From assembly GCA_043228905.1 (NCBI GenBank), contig JBHGNT010000008.1, forward strand, positions 20,584,001 through 20,648,000: a DNA stretch of 64,000 nucleotides, read 5' to 3'. The number at the start of each line of letters is the position of its first letter. Position 1 is the first letter of the stretch. The notes under the pieces are model-generated. The model was not told the origin of the DNA, made no database searches, and worked only from the letters and a program-made list of their open reading frames with translations. This DNA is from Azolla caroliniana (Eukaryota; Plantae; Polypodiophyta). Shown here piece by piece: positions 25,068 through 38,900 of this stretch. The position numbers and the translations under genes were made by a program.

Positions 25068-25348
25068 TGTTGGGAACTCGACGTTCCTTATGTCCGACGC
25101 TCGGCCACAACCGAGATTCTTTACATACACAGAAAAACAGGTAATGAAAACGCGACACAAATTAAGGAGAGAGATGGTGCACAGGAGGTATACGTGGAAA
25201 ACCCCAAAATAGGGGGAAAAACCACGGCAGCCCACAAGCTGCAAACTGTCACTATGCAGAAATATACAACAGTGAGATCACTGAGGCAACGACCTCGTGC
25301 TCACAGATCTTCGCCACAAGCGGCGGTTACAACAGAGGCAACGACCTC

Positions 25349-25385
<37 letters not shown>

Positions 25386-28300
25386 CAGTTACGCGCTCTT
25401 ATTTCTTCTTGCACCAACAAGGAAGAATAATAATAACATCATACTCTATACTAAAACTTTGCCCTAAGTCATATTTATACTAATATGACTTTTCGGCTAT
25501 TTACAAATGTAGCCTTGATGGGCTTCATCCGGCTCTCCGCAGTCGGGCCTTCACCATCCGACTCTCCGACTCTCCGCAGTCCGGTACTCCTCATCCGGCT
25601 TCCCGCAGTCGGGCCTACACCATCCGACTCTCCGCAGTCGGGTTCTCCCCATCCGGTTCATACCGTTTCGGCACTGTTCTTCTCCCTTCCCATCCGGAGG
25701 GACCTGTCTACCAACAAACTCCCCCTTCACTCCGGCATGGGGTGTCTTTCCAGGCCGATCCTCTTCTGGCATGCGTCCAACTTGTCGGGTGTTAGCACTT
25801 TGGTCAGCATATCGGACCCGTTCTCGGCCGTGTGGATCTTCGTCAGTGCGAACTCCTGGTCATCTACTCTTTCCCGGATCCAGTGATACCTCTGCTGGAT
25901 ATGCTTCGTCCGGGAATGGTAGGCCGCATTCTTAGCAAGGTGGATGGCACTTTGACTGTCGCAGTAGAGTCGATATTCCTCTTGCCGGATACCGAGCTCT
26001 CCGATGAAGTCCTTCATCCATAATATTTCCTTGCCAGCTTCTACAGCCGCCATGTACTCCGCCTCTGTGGTTGACAATGCAACCGTTTTCTGCAGCCTCG
26101 ACTGCCACGAAACAGCTCCCCCTCCATATGTCATCACATACCCGGATGTAGACCGGCTGGTATCCACATCAGCCGACATGTCCAAATCGGTGAAACCGTC
26201 CAGTTGTGGTTTTCTAGAGCCGAATCGGAGACACATATTTGAAGTGCCCTTCAAATACCGGAGTATCCACTTGACCGCGTTCCAATGCTCCTTGCCGGGA
26301 TTGCTCATAAACCGGCTCACCACTTCGACTGCGTATCCAATATCCGGTCGGGTACAAACCATTGCATACATCAAGCTCCCGACGGCAGAGGCATATGGAA
26401 TCTTCATCATATCTGCCTTCTCTCCTTTTGTCTTCGGGCTTTGTTTGCCGGACAACTTGCAGTTTACCGGAAGTGTCGATCCGACCGGTTTTGCATCTGA
26501 CATGTTGAACTGGTGAAGCACCTTTGTCACATACTTCTCCTGTGACAACCATAGTTGCTTCACCGACCGGTCCCGAATGATGTACATCCCCAACATCTGT
26601 CTTGCCGGACCCAGGTCTTTCATTGAGAAGGTCCGGTTGAGAGCCTTCTTCAGCATCCGTATTTTGCCTTGGTCTCGTCCGACGATCAACATGTCATCCA
26701 CGTACAGGAGGAGTATCAGGAAGTCCCCTCCTTCGAACTTCTTCACAAACACGCAGTGATCGGCCTGCGTCTTGTGGTACCCTTGATCGGTCATGAAGGA
26801 GTCGAACTTCCGATACCATTGCCGGGGAGCTTGCTTCAGTCCGTACAGGCTCTTCTTCAACCGGCATACCAGGTGCTCCTTCCCTTTCTCTACAAATCCT
26901 TCCGGTTGCTGCATGTAGATTTCCTCTTCGAGGTCGCCGTGGAGGAATGCCGTCTTCACGTCCAGCTGCTCTACCTCGAGATCCATGCTTGCTGCTATAC
27001 TCAGCACCGTCCGGATGGAGGTCATCTTTACTACCGGGGCGAATATTTCGTCGAAGTCCACGCCCTTCTTCTGTTGGAACCCCTTCACCACGATCTTGGC
27101 TTTGTATCTCGGGGGATTGCCGGCATCTCCCGGTTTCAACTTGAATACCCACTTGTTTCGGAGTGCCCGCTTTCCTTTCGGCAACTCCACCAATTCGTAC
27201 GTATGGTTCTCATGCAGGGAATCCATCTCATCCTGCATGGCACTTAACCATTTTCGGCTGTGGGTGTCATCCTTCGCTTCTTCGAAGCTTTCCGGCTCCC
27301 CCTCATCGGTTAGCAGGACATGCTCTGCATCCGGAAATCTCCGGGGCGCCCTTCTCTCTCTGAGAGGATATCTACGTCTTCGGGCTTCGGTAATCGGTTC
27401 CTCCATTTGCTCTTCATCCGAATCCGATTCGGGATCTTGACTGGTTCCGGTCTCAGCTTCCTCTACTTCTTCTTCTGCCGGTTCGGTATCCTCACCGTAA
27501 CCGGCTGGTTCCTCGAGTGCTAACCGGTCTCTAGCCGGTTGGGTCTGCTCATTGTAGAGTCTATCCTTACCGGTCGACTCGGAGTTCACTATCTTCTTCT
27601 CCGACTCCCAGTCGGCGAGCGTCTTGTCCTCCATGAAGATAATATCTCGACTCCGGAATACCTTCTTGTCGACCGGGTCCCACACTCGGTAGCCGAACTC
27701 ATCGTCACCGTAACCGAGGAATATGCATGGCTGGGTCTTTGGATCTAGCTTTCCTCTCCGGTCCTTTGCTACATGCACGTACGCGAGACACCCGAACACC
27801 CTCAGATGCCGGTAGGACACTTCCTTACCGGTCCATACTCTCTGTGGCGTGTCTCCGTCCAAGGGTACTGAGGGTGATCTGTTTATCACATATGTCGCCG
27901 TCGACAGTGCCTCAACCCAAAACTGCTTGGGTAGTTTTGCATGCGCTAGCATACTCCGGACCCTCTCCATTATGGTCCGGTTCATCCTCTTGGCCAGTCC
28001 GTTTAGTTCCGGCGTCTTCGGCACGGTAAATTCGAGCCGGATTCCCTTCGAGCGGCAGTACTCCTCGAACTGCCCCCGGTACTCACCTCCGTTATCTGCT
28101 CGAACCGCCTTCAGCTTCCGGCCGGTTTCTCTTTCCACTCTCGCGTGGAGCTCTTTGAAGACGGATAACACCTGATCCTTTGTCTTCAGCGGTGTGGCCC
28201 ACAGCTTCCGGCTGTGGTCATCTATGAACGTCACGAAGTACTGCGCTCCGGCATGTGACTTCGTGTCTACTTGACAAACATCCGTATGCACCAACTCCAG

Positions 28301-30469
28301 TGGTGCATTACGTCTCATCGGTGGCCTTGGTCGGAAGGAGGTCCGGTTCTGCTTACCGGCCAGACAATCAGTGCACTTCTCTAAGTGCACGTTCTTCACT
28401 GGAATGAGGTTGTCATCTGCAAGCCTCTTCATCCCCTTCTCACTCCTGTGACATAGCCTCTTGTGCCACAGCTCACCGGCAGTGTCGGAAGCCACGTTCA
28501 CTTCTTCCGGACATAACCGGGTATTCATCAGGTACAGTGTGTTTACCTTCCGGGCCCGAGCCACAATCAGGCTCCCTTTGCTGAACTTCATGACACCGTT
28601 CCGGATGCTACCCGTGTAGCCTTCATCATCTAGCCGACCGGCTGATATCAGGTTCAGACGAACTTCCGGAACGTGTCGGACATCTTTCAACAGCAACTTG
28701 CATCCGGTTGGTGTTGTCAGCCACACGTCTCCTATGCCGACAATCTGGCATGTTCCTTCATTCCCCATCCGGACACAGCCGTGATCACCGGCTGGGTAGG
28801 ATGAGAAGCATTTCCGGTCCGGGGTAAGGTGGAACGACGCTCCGGAGTCTACCACCCAGATCATCTCATCGCCGGCATGGTTTATCTAACTCTCCTCGGT
28901 GATGAGCATCAACTCCTCTTCACTTGCCGCAATTGCCGTCGTTCCCTTCCGGTCCGGCCCCCTCCGGTCTTTACCGTTCCGGTCTGTACCGTTCCGGTTC
29001 GGGGTAAGCTTCGAATGGGTACCGTCGGTTTCCTTGTCTTTACGGAAATGCCGACAGTTCTTTTGGAAGTGTCCCGGCTTGCCGCAATAGAAGCAAGTAG
29101 GCCTCCCCCTTGACTTTGATCGTGTCCCCGACTTCTCCCGGTTCTGGGGACTACGGTTTCTCTGTCTTCCGCGTTCCGATTCGGTAAGGAGCGCTTTGGA
29201 GTCGGAGCTCGTATCTTTGTCTTTCCGACGAGCCTCCTCATCTAGCAAGCTCGATTTTACTCTTGCTAGGGATAGCCGTTTTCCTTCCGGCCCGGCGTTG
29301 CCCAAAGTAACAACTAACGTCTCCCAGCTATCCGGGAGGGAACCGGCAAGAGGTACTTCCAGTGACGTTGCCTGGTGAATCAGCCCCTGGAAGGCATTCA
29401 TATGCTCCGCCATGCTGTGGCCATCTTGGTACCGGAGTCTTACAAGCTTCCGGAATACCGACGCATGATTGACAGCATTTTTGTTCTTGAACATTGTGCC
29501 GATCTTCTCCCAGAGCTCATGAGCCTTACTCTCTTCATTGAAGTTGTTGTACAGGCTCATGTCGATGAAGCACCGTATGTACGCCGTTGTCTTCATGTGC
29601 ATCACCTCCCATATCGCGGCGTCGATTTTGTCCGGTCTCTTGTCCCCGAACTGAACCGGCAGCCAGAGGTCTTTAACCACGAGCATGTCCCTCATCTTCG
29701 ACTTCCACACTGAATAGTTGGAGCCGGTGAGCTTGAACATGCCGCCAAACGATTCGTCCATTTTCTGTGTCGATTTCGCTCTGATACCAGTTGTTGGGAA
29801 CTCGACGTTCCTTATGTCCGACGCTCGGCCACAACCGAGATTCTTTACATACACAGAAAAACAGGTAATGAAAACGCGACACAAATTAAGGAGAGAGATG
29901 GTGCACAGGAGGTATACGTGGAAAACCCCAAAATAGGGGGAAAAACCATGGCAGCCCACAAGCTGCAAACTGTCACTATGCAGAAATATACAACAGTGAG
30001 ATCACTGAGGCAACGACCTCGTGCTCACAGATCTTCGCCACAGGCGGCGGTTACAACAGAGGCAACGACCTCGTCTCTCTCTCTCTCTCTCTCTCTCTCT
30101 GTACAGTTACGCGCTCTTTTCTTCTTGCACCAACAAGGAAGAATAATAATAACATCATACTCTATACTAAAACTTTGCTCTAAGTCATATTTATACTAAT
30201 ATGACTTTTCGGCTATTTACAAATGTAGCCTTGATGGGCTTCATCCGGCTCTCCGCAGTCGGGCCTACACCATCCGACTCTCCGACTCTCCGCAGTCCGG
30301 TACTCCTCATCCGGCTTCCCGCAGTCGGGCCTACACCATCCGACTCTCCGCAGTCGGGTTCTCCCCATCCGGTTCATACCGTTTCTCCCTCGGCCTGTCG
30401 GCCTCGGCCGAGTTTGTTCGTTGGCACTGTTCTTCTCCCTTCCCATCTGGAGGGACCTGTCTACCAACA
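25068..30469 (-). mobile_element. Full-length young Ty1/Copia; LTRs 29792-30469 (5') and 25068-25716 (3')
   Basis: TG..CA LTRs of high identity, TSD TAATT, Met-tRNA PBS (reverse complement of gctctgatacca, 29778-29789), PPT at 25717-25729. Confidence 0.96.
25727..29761 (-). CDS. Copia gag-pol polyprotein (Gag, zinc knuckle, PR, IN, RT, RNase H) with a single in-frame TAG at 28886-28888
   Basis: CFYCGKPGHFQKNC, VDSGAS, VHTDVC, RADNGGEY, LDVKTAFLHG, LYVDDML, STTEAEY. ORFs 28886-29968 and 25727-28864 are in the same frame. Confidence 0.93.
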
Positions 30470-32913
30470 TAATTAATGTTCTAGCTTCATCAATGTTTGG
30501 TTCAGTGTTTTTGAGGTCTGTGGATACAAGTGGAGAATGTAAAACGGGGGAGTATATCTTTAATATTCTAAAAGCTACCATTCTTGAAATTGGCCCAACA
30601 AATGTTATGCAAGTATGCATGGATAATGCATCAAATTGTGTGGCAGCGGGACATATGATAGAGAAAGAGTGGCCCATGATATTTTTTACTCGATGCACAT
30701 GTCATTGCCTTGATTTGTTGTTTGAGGATATAGGAAAATGTGCTTGGGTTAATGATGCTTTGAGATTAGGTATGAAGGTTACTACGTTCATCACAAGAAA
30801 GCTATATGTGCTTGCAATGTTTCGCAAGTTTAGTAAAAAGGAATTGTTGAAGCCTTCTACTACAAGGTTTGCTTATAGTTTCATTGTGCTATCAAATTTG
30901 TTGGATGATAGAGTGTATAGTGGTTTAAGAAGAATGGTAGTTAGCGAAGAATGGTGCCAATGGAAGGGATCTAAAACGCAACAAGCAGAAGAAGTAGTTT
31001 CGATAATATTGAATGCTTCCTTTTGGTCAAATGTAAAGATGATAGTGGAAATATGCTCACCAATTTTAAAAGTGTTGCGATTGGCGGATAGAGAAGGTGC
31101 AACAACGGGGTTGATATATGAATGTACACGACGAATGGTAGAAGAAATAAATAAAATGCAAGGAATCAATAACATGTTGCTTGATGAAATTAGAGGATTA
31201 TGCATGGATAGATGCAAAATGTTACATTCACCATTACATGCAATTGGATATCTCTTACATCCAATTTGGTGGGAAAATTCTCAAGTTTTTGATAATGTGG
31301 TGAATGCTAGTTGGATAGACACCATTATGCGATATGCAAATGGTGACATTAAGATGCAAGGTAATTTATTAGATGAGTATCATGCTTATAAAACTAAAGA
31401 GAAGGGTATTTTTCAACTTCCACCTTCAAATGATCCTACTAGAATGAAAGAAGGTGTTAAGTGGTGGGAATTATTTGGAGGAGAAACCCCAAATTTAAGT
31501 AAACTTGCGATACGAGTGCTTTCTCAAGGTACTTGTGCATCTCCATGTGAGAGAAATTGGAGTACCTTTTCATTGATACACACTAAGAGGAGAAATAGGT
31601 TGAGTCATGATCATATAGAGAAGCTGGTATACTTGCATACAAACCATCGTCTATTAAAGAAAGTCAAAGAAAGAGATTCATGCCGTATAGAAGTGACTTT
31701 GGATATGATTAATAAAGAAGAAGATGATGATAGGCTTTTGGTATTGCAAAGACAACATGCAACTATGGTTAATGAGGATTTCGAAGAAGAAGATGATGAT
31801 GGGCAAGATGTTAACATTGACAATGCACCTCAAGAGTAGAGAGATGAGATTAACTATTAGTACTATGAATTTAGAGCTACTTTCTAGGTTAATGTTCATG
31901 TTTGAAGTTTGAACTTTGGATAAATTTTGGTTCATGTTTAGAATTTTGGATGCTATTTTGTTAGTTTTCAATGAAATTATGGTCTTGATTTTTGTTTATA
32001 AAAATCTTGATTATTTTTTATTTTTCATATTTTTTAATTTTTTTTAGAGTAATAAAAATAAAAATAAAAATAAATATAGACAAATGGATTCCAATCATAC
32101 TTGGAGCCATTTCACGTATGAGTATGATACGAATATTCACGTATGAGTATGACACGTTTGAGACGTATGGCTAGAACTATGGTTGAGAGTTGTTTCATAT
32201 TTCCGTGCTTAAGATTTAATTTGTGGCCGATATTTGGCTTATCGCTATTGAGATCCAATAAAGTCGAGGAAGAAATGAGAAATTTAGCATTCAGCTTTCA
32301 AAATTTTAAGAGGTCCATAATACAAGATGGAGAACATGAAGACTAAAGTATTGCGTCCTTGGCATATATATGAGGCGGAGAGCATACAAAACTCAAATGA
32401 CTCGAACGAAAAGGTGGTCTTCCTAGGAGGTTCAATCATCAAATCAATCAAATAAAGGAAACAATATAAAACCGCATAGAATATCTACATATGTGAATGA
32501 ACAAATGTGAATATCTATTTTTGAGAATATGCCAACACATTAAGTGTGTACCTAAAAATGTAGTTAATGTGTTGTAAGGAAAGAAACAAAACACTCCATA
32601 TGAAGCATAATAACAATGTGAAATTATGATTGTGTTTGAGCAATCATACATTTAGAGCTAGGTAGAGTCACAAGAGGGGTACATGTAGAGATAAAAAGAG
32701 ATGATAATTGTGAGGAACTTTTGTGGAAAGAGAGACCATGACCGAGAGGAACAAACAATATTGACCAGAAAACCCATAAGGACTTACTTTTTCTTGAGTA
32801 GTTGCCTACACTACTCACTGCATTCTAAATGTGCATTTTGTGAGAGGCTTAACTCACAACACAAGCTTACACACACTATCATTGTTTGTAACATATTCAC
32901 TCTTGTTAATTCT

Positions 32914-35900
32914 ATGGAGCACCAGCAGAAGAGAGTTGGGTTTGTGGCCGCCTCATCGCTTGCGGCTCTGCTCGTTTACCATGTGCTCACGTGTCACGCC
33001 CAACAGAATAATGGTGATGTCGCGTCCATCATCACGAGGGATATCTTCGATCAGTTCCTCCCGCTACGGCACTCCCCAGCCGCCACTGATGTGAATCGAT
33101 AGAACAGAAAAATCAAGAGACAATTTGTCTGTTCTGCTCTTGATTGTAATGCACGGACAGTGAAGGATGAAGAAGGAGTGGTGCTCCTTCTTAGTTGTAG
33201 TATGCACGAGAGGAATAGGGGGTGAGCAACAAAGGGGGTTCAATTGATACAATAGGGTGGAGATTACAACAGAGATAAAGAGGGTAAATCTCTGCAACAG
33301 AGAGAAAAGGGGAAAAACGACACACAGAGAGGAAGCAGACACTCGCTCACTCACACTCACTACTCACTCTCTCTCTCTCCCCACACAACTAAGTGAAATA
33401 CTAGTTTTGGCCTTTCCACACTTGCCATGTATCGGGGATACATGTATAACAATCTCCCACTAAAAGGCCTAAACTAGGAGTACAAATAATGGAAGGTTGA
33501 CTTGTACAAGACCTAGACCTAGACCTCCCACCTGATGGGCATGTTACACAATGTACACGACAAGTGTGTAACGTAAGGTACTAAGTAATTCCCATCAAGT
33601 AATAACAATGCTCCAATGCATCTTGTGGTAAGGCCTTGGTCAATGCATCTGCAACATTTTCGCGAGAAACAACCTTCTCAAGGCTAATATAACCATTAGC
33701 TATGCATTCCTGAATAAAATGGTATCACACTCCAATATGTTTGGTCTTCGCATGATATACCAGATTCTTAGGCAAAGCAATGGCATTCTGACTATCACAA
33801 AACAGTTTGGGCACATGTTGTGGTATACCCATGTCACTAGCTAATCGAGACAGCCACACCACTTCTATACATGCCTCACTGGCTGCAACATACTTAGCCT
33901 CTGTTGTTGACAATGTGACACAATCTTGAAGATGAGATCTCCAAGCAATAACACCTCCCATAATCTGAAAGATGTATCCTGAAGTAGATTTCCTATTGTC
34001 AGCGCATACGGTATAATCTGAATCTGTGTATCCAATGATAGAGGCATCCCCTTTGCCTAAACAAAGGCACTTATCCTTAGTGCCACTCAGATATCTCAGT
34101 ATCAACTTGACTGCATCCAAGTGTTTCTTACTAGGGTTTTACATGAATCGACTTACAGCTCCCACTGCAAATGCAATGTTTGGTCTAGTAGCCACCATGG
34201 CATACATAAGACTCCCAACTGTGGATTGATAAGGAACCTTGGACATGAATTCCTTGTCCTCATCAGATGTGGGGCAATCACATGTGCTCAGTTTTACATA
34301 TGTAGGTAATGGAGAGCTCAACGACTTTGCATTCTCCATATTAAACCTCTTGAGCACTTTCGATATGTACTCAGCTTGAGACAAGTAAATGCATCGCTTA
34401 CTCCTATCACGAGTAATACGCATACCAAGAATATGTTTTGCATCTCCCAAATCCTTCATGTCAAAATTCTGGCCCAAGTTTTTCTTCAATGAGGATAACT
34501 CACCCTTGTTTTTACCAACAACAATGTGATAAAACTCCCATCTGAACAGTTTTTTGTATAAAGACATGCATCCTCATTACTTCTAGTATATCCTTGAGTC
34601 TTCATAAAAGCATCAAACTTTTGCTACCACAACCTAGGGGACTGCTTAAGCCCATAAAAACTCTTCTTGAGTTTACGTACCAAATGTTCTTTTCCCGAGA
34701 CTTCATGACCTTCAGGTTGTTCCATATAAATATCCTCATCAAGGTCCCCATGTAAAAAGGCAGTCTTCACATCCATTTGGACTAATTCCAAATTCTGATT
34801 TGCAGCCAATGAAAGCAACATACGCAATGCAGTCATCTTAACTACAGGAGAAAAGGTTTCATCAAAATCAATTCCATGTTCTTGCTTGAAACCTTTGGCA
34901 ACCAAGCGTGCTTTATACTTTGGGGAAGCATTATCAGATGTACACTTGTACTTGTATACCCATTTGCATGGCAATGCTTTCCTGTCCTTTGGCAAACGTA
35001 CTAGATCCCAAGTACGATTTTTATAAATGCTGTCCAATTCATTTTGCATGGCACGCTCCCACTTAGCATGATCAATGGCCAAAATAGCTTCCTTATAACA
35101 AGAGGGTTCACCACCATTCGTTAACATCACATAGTCCGTGAGCTTAGCAGGTGGGCCTAGAGACACGAGTAGATCGTCTCATTGGTTGCTGAACCGGAGT
35201 TGGACTGTTTTCAGGTTGTACACATGCATCCTCATTTTGAACATCCTCATATGGGTGAACATTACTGTTCAGCATCGGTGTGGGGTTATCCTTTTCCACA
35301 CTAATAGAGGGTATAACATCCTGAAATGTCACTTTCCTCACTTCCACTTCCTTAATAGGCTGCTTATGCATAATCTTTTCATTGAAAACGACATCACTAC
35401 TTCTGACTATAGTGTGCGTTTCAGGATCTCACAAACGATATCCAAGTTGACCATCTACGCCATAGCCAAGGAAAATACATTTCCTGCTCTTAAAATCTAG
35501 TTTTTGCCTTAATTGTTTTGGAACATGAACATACGCTTCACATCCAAATACCCTAAGATGATCATAGTTTGGGGTTTTTCCTATCCACAACTCTTGTGCC
35601 ACTTTCAAGCCTTTGGCAGTGCTAGGTGATAGATTTATCACATGGACTGTTGTTCGAACTGCTTTAGGCCAAAAACCTTGCGGCAGATTTGCATGATGCA
35701 ACATAGAAACAACCCATTCCTGGATGGTTCTATTCATCCTTTCTGCCACACCATTTTGTACTGGAGTGTAAGGGGCAGTAAACTCTCTACGTATGCCTCT
35801 AGAATCACAAAAATCTCTGAACTCATGAGAGGTATACTCACCTCCATTATCAGAACGTAAGCCTTAAGCTTTATACCCTTTTCAGTCTCAACCAAGGCAA

Positions 35901-38900
35901 GCCATTTTCTAAAAGTAGAGTATACATCACCCTTTTGTTTTATGGGATACACCCAAACCTTTCTTGTGGCATCATCAATAAATGTAATAAAGTACAAAGC
36001 TCCACCCAATGATTTGGTAGGCATAGGGCCACATACATCCGTATGAACTAGATCCAAGGGTTGAGTAGACGAATCAGAATTAATATTCTGATGCACACTT
36101 CTAGTTTGTTTACCATATTGACAATGCTCACAAACTGAAAAATTTGAAAATGATAACATAGGTAAATAGCCAAAACGTGATAATGTTTCCATTCCAATAC
36201 GAGGCATGTGACCTAAACGGCCATGCCAAATACAAGTCATAGGATGTTCTGTGACTGTCAAAAGATGCTCCTTTTGATGGACAACTAAAGGATAAAGTGA
36301 ACCAACTTTGTTCCCTTTAGCAATAACCATATTTCCTTTCGTAATACGAAAGGACTGGGCAACAAAAATCACTTTAAAACCAATGTTATCAAGTTGTCCA
36401 CCAGACATTAAGCTACGAGTTAGCTCAAGCACATGGCATACATTTTGTAAGGTAAACTGAGAGCCATCAAAAAATTGTACCATGAAATCTCCGATGCCAA
36501 TCACATCACACTAATGTGAATCTCCAAGTTGGACTGTCCCAAGTGATTTAGCTTCGTATCGTGTGAACCACTCTCTATGTGGAGTCACATGAAATGAAGC
36601 ACCAGAGTCCAACAACCATGTATGAGCAAACGCATGAGCAATATTAGCCTCAACATAGGTAGCATCATCATCCATGACCAAGATGTCAACACCATCATCG
36701 CATGCAACATTTATTTCCTCTATTTTCAGCGAAGATGATGAACCAGCCAATTGTTTAACATGCCCATCACCATGAGTTTTACTCTTTTCCTTTTCTTTGT
36801 TCTTCAAGGCATAACAGTCTTTCTTAATATGACCCTTCTTGTGGCAATAATGGCATTCCACAAGTCTCTTCCTAGACTTACTTCTGCTCTTGTAATGATT
36901 TTCATGACTATTTCTGGTTTGGCTTCTACCACGTTGCTGGTTTTTACCATAACCAGCATCTCGAACATAATATGCATCTCCAACTTGTGAGGAAACCATA
37001 GATTTCCTACGTATTTCTTCACCCAATAGTGCTCCACTTATGTCATTTTACACCAATTTACCGTTTGGTACACTAGCAGTAATAGCGGTGGAAAATGTGT
37101 CCCATGAGCTAGGCAATGTGCATAGCAAAAATACAGCTTTCAGCTCATCATCCATGGTCATTTTCTGAGCTTGCAATTGCGACCATAATGCATCAAACTG
37201 ATTTAAATGAGACACAATACTATCTGTATCCTTCATACGAAGGTCATATACCTTTCTCATCAAATACACCTTGTTTCTTGCAGTCTCCTTCTCATATGTA
37301 TTGCATAATTTTTTCCAAAGTTCTTCGGAGTTTTGGCTGTCTAAAACAGTAAAGTAGACACTATCCGCCAAGTGTAGTCTTATAGTGGACATGGTCAAGG
37401 TATCAAGTTCCTCCCAATCATCATCATCCATGTCATTCGGCTTCTTCACTTTGCCGCCTAGGGACCTCGTTTGCTTTCTTTGAACCAATACATCACGCAT
37501 CTGATTCTTCCACAAAGCAAAATTAGATCCATCAAATTTCCGGATCTCAATATGATCTTTTCCCAAAAAGGAATAGTTCTTACTTGAACTATTGCGAGCA
37601 ACATAAATGCTACTAGATACATCCAACGTTTCAGACTCCATGGGAGTGAACGACAGTATCAGGCAACGATTGGGCAACAAAAAACTTGTAACCAACTAGC
37701 TTATGGCAAACTGTCAAAGATTGATACCCAATATTTCGTGCAACGTGCACCATTGGAAGCATACAACTTCCAAAATATCAGCAGTGAATTGTCAAAGAGG
37801 GTTGATACCACTCTCGCATATAACAAGCACCACTTAAGGACATATAATTTCCGAAATGTCAACAATATTGACTAACATACATCTCCCAATCACAAATTGT
37901 AGTCAACTACTTTGTTATACATTCACATTGACCCCAAATTTCTCTTCCAAATGTAGCTACGATATTGACTCACATACATATCCCAAACCACAAAATATAG
38001 GCATTGGCTTTGCTATGCATTCACATTAACCCCAAATCTCTCTTGCAAATGTGGTAGGGGTCTCTCCCACCACAACTTATTTCACCCAAAGAATGTTTCG
38101 CATATGATGGATAATAAGAGAGTTTAACCAAGGGAAGTACCTGTGAATAACAGGCTCCTTTCTTCAATGTCGAAGATGCTGGAGATGCCCAACAATAGGC
38201 AGATGCTTCAACTAACCCCAATACTCCAACGCTCGCCACACGAATCTCCTACGCCGCTACAAGTCTCGGGCGCTTGTTGCTTCCGACTCCAAAGCTTCCC
38301 CTCGCTATCTCTCAAGCTCTGATACCAGTGATGTGAATCGATAGAGCAGAAAAATCAAGAGACAATTTGTCTGTTCTGCTCTTGATTGTAATGCACGGAC
38401 AGTGAAGGATGAAGGAGTGGTGGTCCTTCTTAGTTGTAGTATGCATGAGAGGAATAGGGGGTGAGCAATAAAGGGGGTTCAATTGATACAACAGGGTGGA
38501 GATTACAACAGAGATAATGAGGGTAAATCTATGCAACAGAGAGAAAGGGGGAAAAACGACACACACAGAGGAAGCAGACACTCGCTCACTCACACTCACT
38601 AACTCACACACTCTCTCTCCCCACACAACTAAGTGAAAGACCAGTTTTGGCCTTTTCACACTTGCCATGTATCGGGGATACATGTATAACACCGCCAATG
38701 GTGTCTACACTTACCCCATGTTCATCGAGGCGGCAAATGCGTTTAACGGCTTCGGAACCACCGGAACTGACCATGCACGGAGACATGAGCTCGCGACATT
38801 CTTCGCCCACATGGCTCACGAGACGGGATGTATGTAGTATGCCTTTCATATGTCTTGTAGTTCTTTGTTTTACACGTCAAAGGGATGAAATTGAGTTATC

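Larger units (their letters stand above)
24372..31839 (+). pseudogene. hAT transposase (BED finger, DUF659-type core, dimerisation domain), split by Copia; pieces 24372-25067 and 30475-31839
   Basis: W..CKYC..H, SDGW, MDNA, CTCHCLDL, TRF, WW..G, CERNWS, KRRNRL. Removing the Copia and one TSD restores RPIINVLAS in frame (about 686 aa). Confidence 0.92.
23052..32181 (+). mobile_element. hAT-superfamily DNA transposon
   Basis: TIR CATAGTTC / GAACTATG; perfect 8-bp TSD GTTGAGAG (23044-23051 and 32182-32189); empty site in paralogous unit 1 at about 10516; subterminal cgtacg-rich repeats. Confidence 0.93.

Noticed and set aside
24372-25430. 352-aa ORF as a novel fusion protein
   Set aside because: It is the hAT N-terminus reading through into the Copia LTR after 25067.
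26004-28175. Antisense ORFs opposite Copia pol
   Set aside because: Shadow ORFs expected from GC-rich coding sequence, with no domain signatures.
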